Shown here: positions 61,150-64,000 of the stretch, in pieces
Layout: each line of letters opens with the position of its first letter
Numbering within the stretch: the first letter of the stretch is position 1
NCBI GenBank assembly: GCA_011109175.1
Contig: RDEW01000039.1
Location: forward strand, 1 to 64,000
DNA: 64,000 bases
DNA from: Dicyema japonicum
Lineage: Eukaryota; Animalia; Dicyemida
Reading direction: 5' to 3'
Notes under the pieces: generated by a model
Told to the model about the DNA's origin: nothing
The model's input: only the letters and a program-made list of their open reading frames with translations
The model's database searches: none
Position numbers and translations under genes: made by a program

Positions 61150-61900
61150 GTTGAAGCCTGTAGAGGGAAGCCTTCGAGGTCTGTAGAAGGATTGGAAGAA
61201 TGGGTAAAGCATCGTCTGCAAGATCTGGAAAGTGATTGCGACACTTTTCAGAGACAACCAGGAACTTAGATATTTTTGACGCCTGAGAATACTAAGAATT
61301 CGCGGCAGTGCCCATTCTCTCTTGGCAGATGATTTATTTCACCCTCCATAGCTCAGACATGGCCTGCCGTTGTCACTTGTGTATATATTTATAACATTGT
61401 CGACGTTAAAATATTCAAGTTCACGGTCCACGTGATCAGCGTAATCCTTCCATTTTGCCTTTTTTTAATTTGTGAAAACTAATCTTTGCAATTAAGGAAG
61501 TCGATCAGAATTGGATTTTAGTTGGAGTGAAGGTCATATATGACCTCCATCCTTGGCCAAGTTACAAATAATTTAAGTGTGAAAGGGTTGATAGTAGCCT
61601 CTATTGTCGGGTGACTTTTTTTGGTGAAATCATAAAGTTATTCAATTTGTTAATATTAAGTTGTAGAGTGGTTAGCATAAAAGAGGATGGCCCAGATTGT
61701 CTTCGATATCCCCCGATTTGATAAGAGGATTGAATGAGTTATAAGCAACCAACTCTTCGGTCCATAATCGCTGGAAGGGAGAAAAGGCGTGATTCTTTTT
61801 ACCATTTCATTAGCGACTGAGGTTGTGACGTCCCTCTGAAAATATATCTTCTTCGTGCTTGATTATCCGTTTTCCATTCTCCCCCGGTACTTTCAACACT
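61150..61900 (-). mobile_element. Decayed Ingi-like APE/linker relic
   Basis: ..FTN.KKAKWKDYADHVD parallels KDYTKVDWSGFSNLVD of the intact element. Confidence 0.4.
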
Positions 61901-62229
61901 AGAGGTTTTAAGTTCATTACAAAAAACATAAGCTTTAACGCGATTTATCAATTCATGGGGTCATTATTTGTTATTTTCAAAAAAAGAAAATTATCGCATA
62001 ATTACGAAATTGGATTATTCTATCTTTTTTGAAACCACTGTGTCCTATTCCTTTTTGTTATTTATCTTGAGGCTGCGTTGAGATACTTCATTGTCATTTA
62101 AAGTCCAATTTATGAATTGATACGCAGATGATTTGGACTTTATATCTTAAGGTGTTGAATTTCTCAAAAACGTACACGAGTGTCTATATATATTCAAAAA
62201 ATACTGACAAAACAGAGTACACATCATTC

Positions 62230-62700
62230 AGCCGTGCAGAGAGAACGTCCGTCTAGATGTGGAGAAGACAAAGAAGGTCGGATCTCTCTCAGTGGATGTG
62301 GAAGATGATGATCCTTGTCTTTGGTGCTTTCGGAAAACTAGTAAAAATAAGGTGCTTGGGTAGAAAGCCAAAAATATAAAAATTCTTTATCGTACCATCC
62401 TAATTTATAATGGAGCTTCCAAAACAGGTATGGACAGTATCGTTAGTTTTGATTTCGCCATGCTCAGGAACGCACTCAATATACAATACACTATACAGAA
62501 CACTAACTTAAAATTATTAAAAAAAATGTGTAGCACAGAACCAACGATCGAGATAGGAGACCGTTCGATCACATTTTGAGGATGGATTTGTGCTTACCAG
62601 AAAATCGTCTGACGGAGGAATATTTCATAAAAAAAAGATTATTCAGAGGAAGGACCATGCCAACTCTATCATCTGTGTTAAATGAAGAATTCAACTTTGT
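62230..62700 (+). mobile_element. RTE C-terminal relic
   Basis: KKVGSL..; ILYRTILIYNGAS-like segment. Confidence 0.4.
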
Positions 62701-62961
62701 GTTCTTGAACCTTGTTGATTTTTTGTTTTTGTGTTCTCTGAGGTGCCGATAATAATAAATGTATAAACTCTACCACTTGGAAGTGAACTACATTAAGTTT
62801 ACTTATATTTAATTAACCTCTGCCTCACTAACCTGTAGGAGACCAGCGTCTATTAAATAAGACGCAGAAAATGCCTGCCACTCCCATCAATTACTCCCTG
62901 TCAACCTGTTCAACACCTCTGGGCAGTCAGACTGGATATGGCAGATGCGTTATATTGACAA

Positions 62962-64000
62962 TTATTATTATTATTTCCATGATCACTGGGTCAAAGAGAA
63001 AGAAATAAAAGTTCTCATCTAACTAAGTGATCCCAGACCGATAAAGGAGAGGACGAGTCCGGCGGGGTCGAGAATCCTGAACAGCTCTTTTCTCATTGGA
63101 CATGGCATCGGCTCAAAATTTCTGTATGATTGGAAATATTTCGATAGTTTATGGAATAAAGGGCAGCTCGGTAAAATAGCCTCCTTTAAGAGTTTCCGTT
63201 GTAATTCGATTAAGAAATTTTCAATGGGCTGAATTTTGTATTCTGGTCCAATTAGCCTTATTGCAGCTTTCTCGATTGCGGATAGTTTCAATGAGGAAGA
63301 CCGTGAAATCTTCATTGCCAATGAAAATTTGCATACGTCATCGTGGGTCGGATAAACTGTTCATAAATCGTGGCAATTTTCGGTGTTTTGTTAATAGGAA
63401 TAGATTCGTTCTTCATAAAGACTTTTGGTTCGAAACAGAGCTGTCTTTTGTAGGTAATAAACAGTGTTGCTGATCTGTCGAGTCTCCGCTTCGAGAGCCA
63501 TAGTTCCAGCTTGTCAAGCATTTGTTGAGCGGACTGAGTCGCTGATTGAATGCTTCTGTCCTTGGAGGCAAGAATGATATCGTCGGCATAGGAGAGGATT
63601 AGACAGTTTTCATTACAGGTTTGTGGCATGTCGTTTATGTAGAGATTGAAAAGTTGGGGTGATAGTGGGGAGCCTTGAGGGACTCCATTTGGGAAATAGC
63701 GAGATCTTGATTTGATGTTGTTGCAGAGTACTTGTGTTCGTCTTCCATTTAGGAAGTTTCCAAGCCAAAGTTTCAGGTTCGGATGGATGTTGGTTTCAAA
63801 TATTTTCTTTGTTAAGAGTTTCCTAGGGACTGAGTCGAACGCTTTTATGATGTCCACAGATATAAGTACTGTCCTCTGATGGGGTTTGAGGGAGTTCCGC
63901 AATGAATTGTGTGAGGGTTGTAAGGTGTGTTGTGGTCGAATGGTTATCCCGGAATCCGTGCTGGGTCGGAGGTATTGAGATTGAGTCTTGTATTTTTTCC
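62962..64000 (-). mobile_element. Ingi/Vingi-like subfamily B copy running off the window end
   Basis: ISVDIIKAFDSV, GVPQGSPLSPQLF, SYADDII; 3' UTR and (TAA)n tail matching 34740-34815. Confidence 0.92.

Overview
AT-rich eukaryotic nuclear DNA, not prokaryotic. Most of the window is a mosaic of transposon copies and relics. Non-LTR retrotransposons: Ingi/Vingi-like, RTE, I/Jockey-like, CRE-like and R4/Dong-like. DNA transposons: hAT-Buster, pogo/Tigger, Tc1/IS630, Phantom-type MULE, probable Merlin and Ginger-like, one TA-flanked MITE. There is also a three-copy tRNA-derived SINE. Seven host genes or gene remnants lie among them: TMEM256, DNAJC24/DPH4, GFM1, a ZYG-11/ZER1-like gene, MRPL51, CIR1 and a SEC14-like gene. 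All the spliced ones have very small GT-AG introns of 22-31 nt. Animal-type genes with such small introns suggest a reduced parasitic metazoan such as a myxozoan or dicyemid (inference only). The most notable signal is that both mitochondrial-translation genes are broken. GFM1 (mt EF-G1) has at least 8 lesions in about 950 bp and is truncated at both ends; MRPL51 has two non-compensating frameshifts. This may record decay of the mitoribosome/mtDNA-expression system, although non-mitochondrial genes and young TEs here also carry about one indel per kb. A full-length, TSD-flanked 3.0-kb Vingi-like LINE encodes a 2A (StopGo) peptide ahead of its endonuclease. All family calls come from manual translation and motif recall; no database search was run, and boundaries of degraded TEs are approximate.
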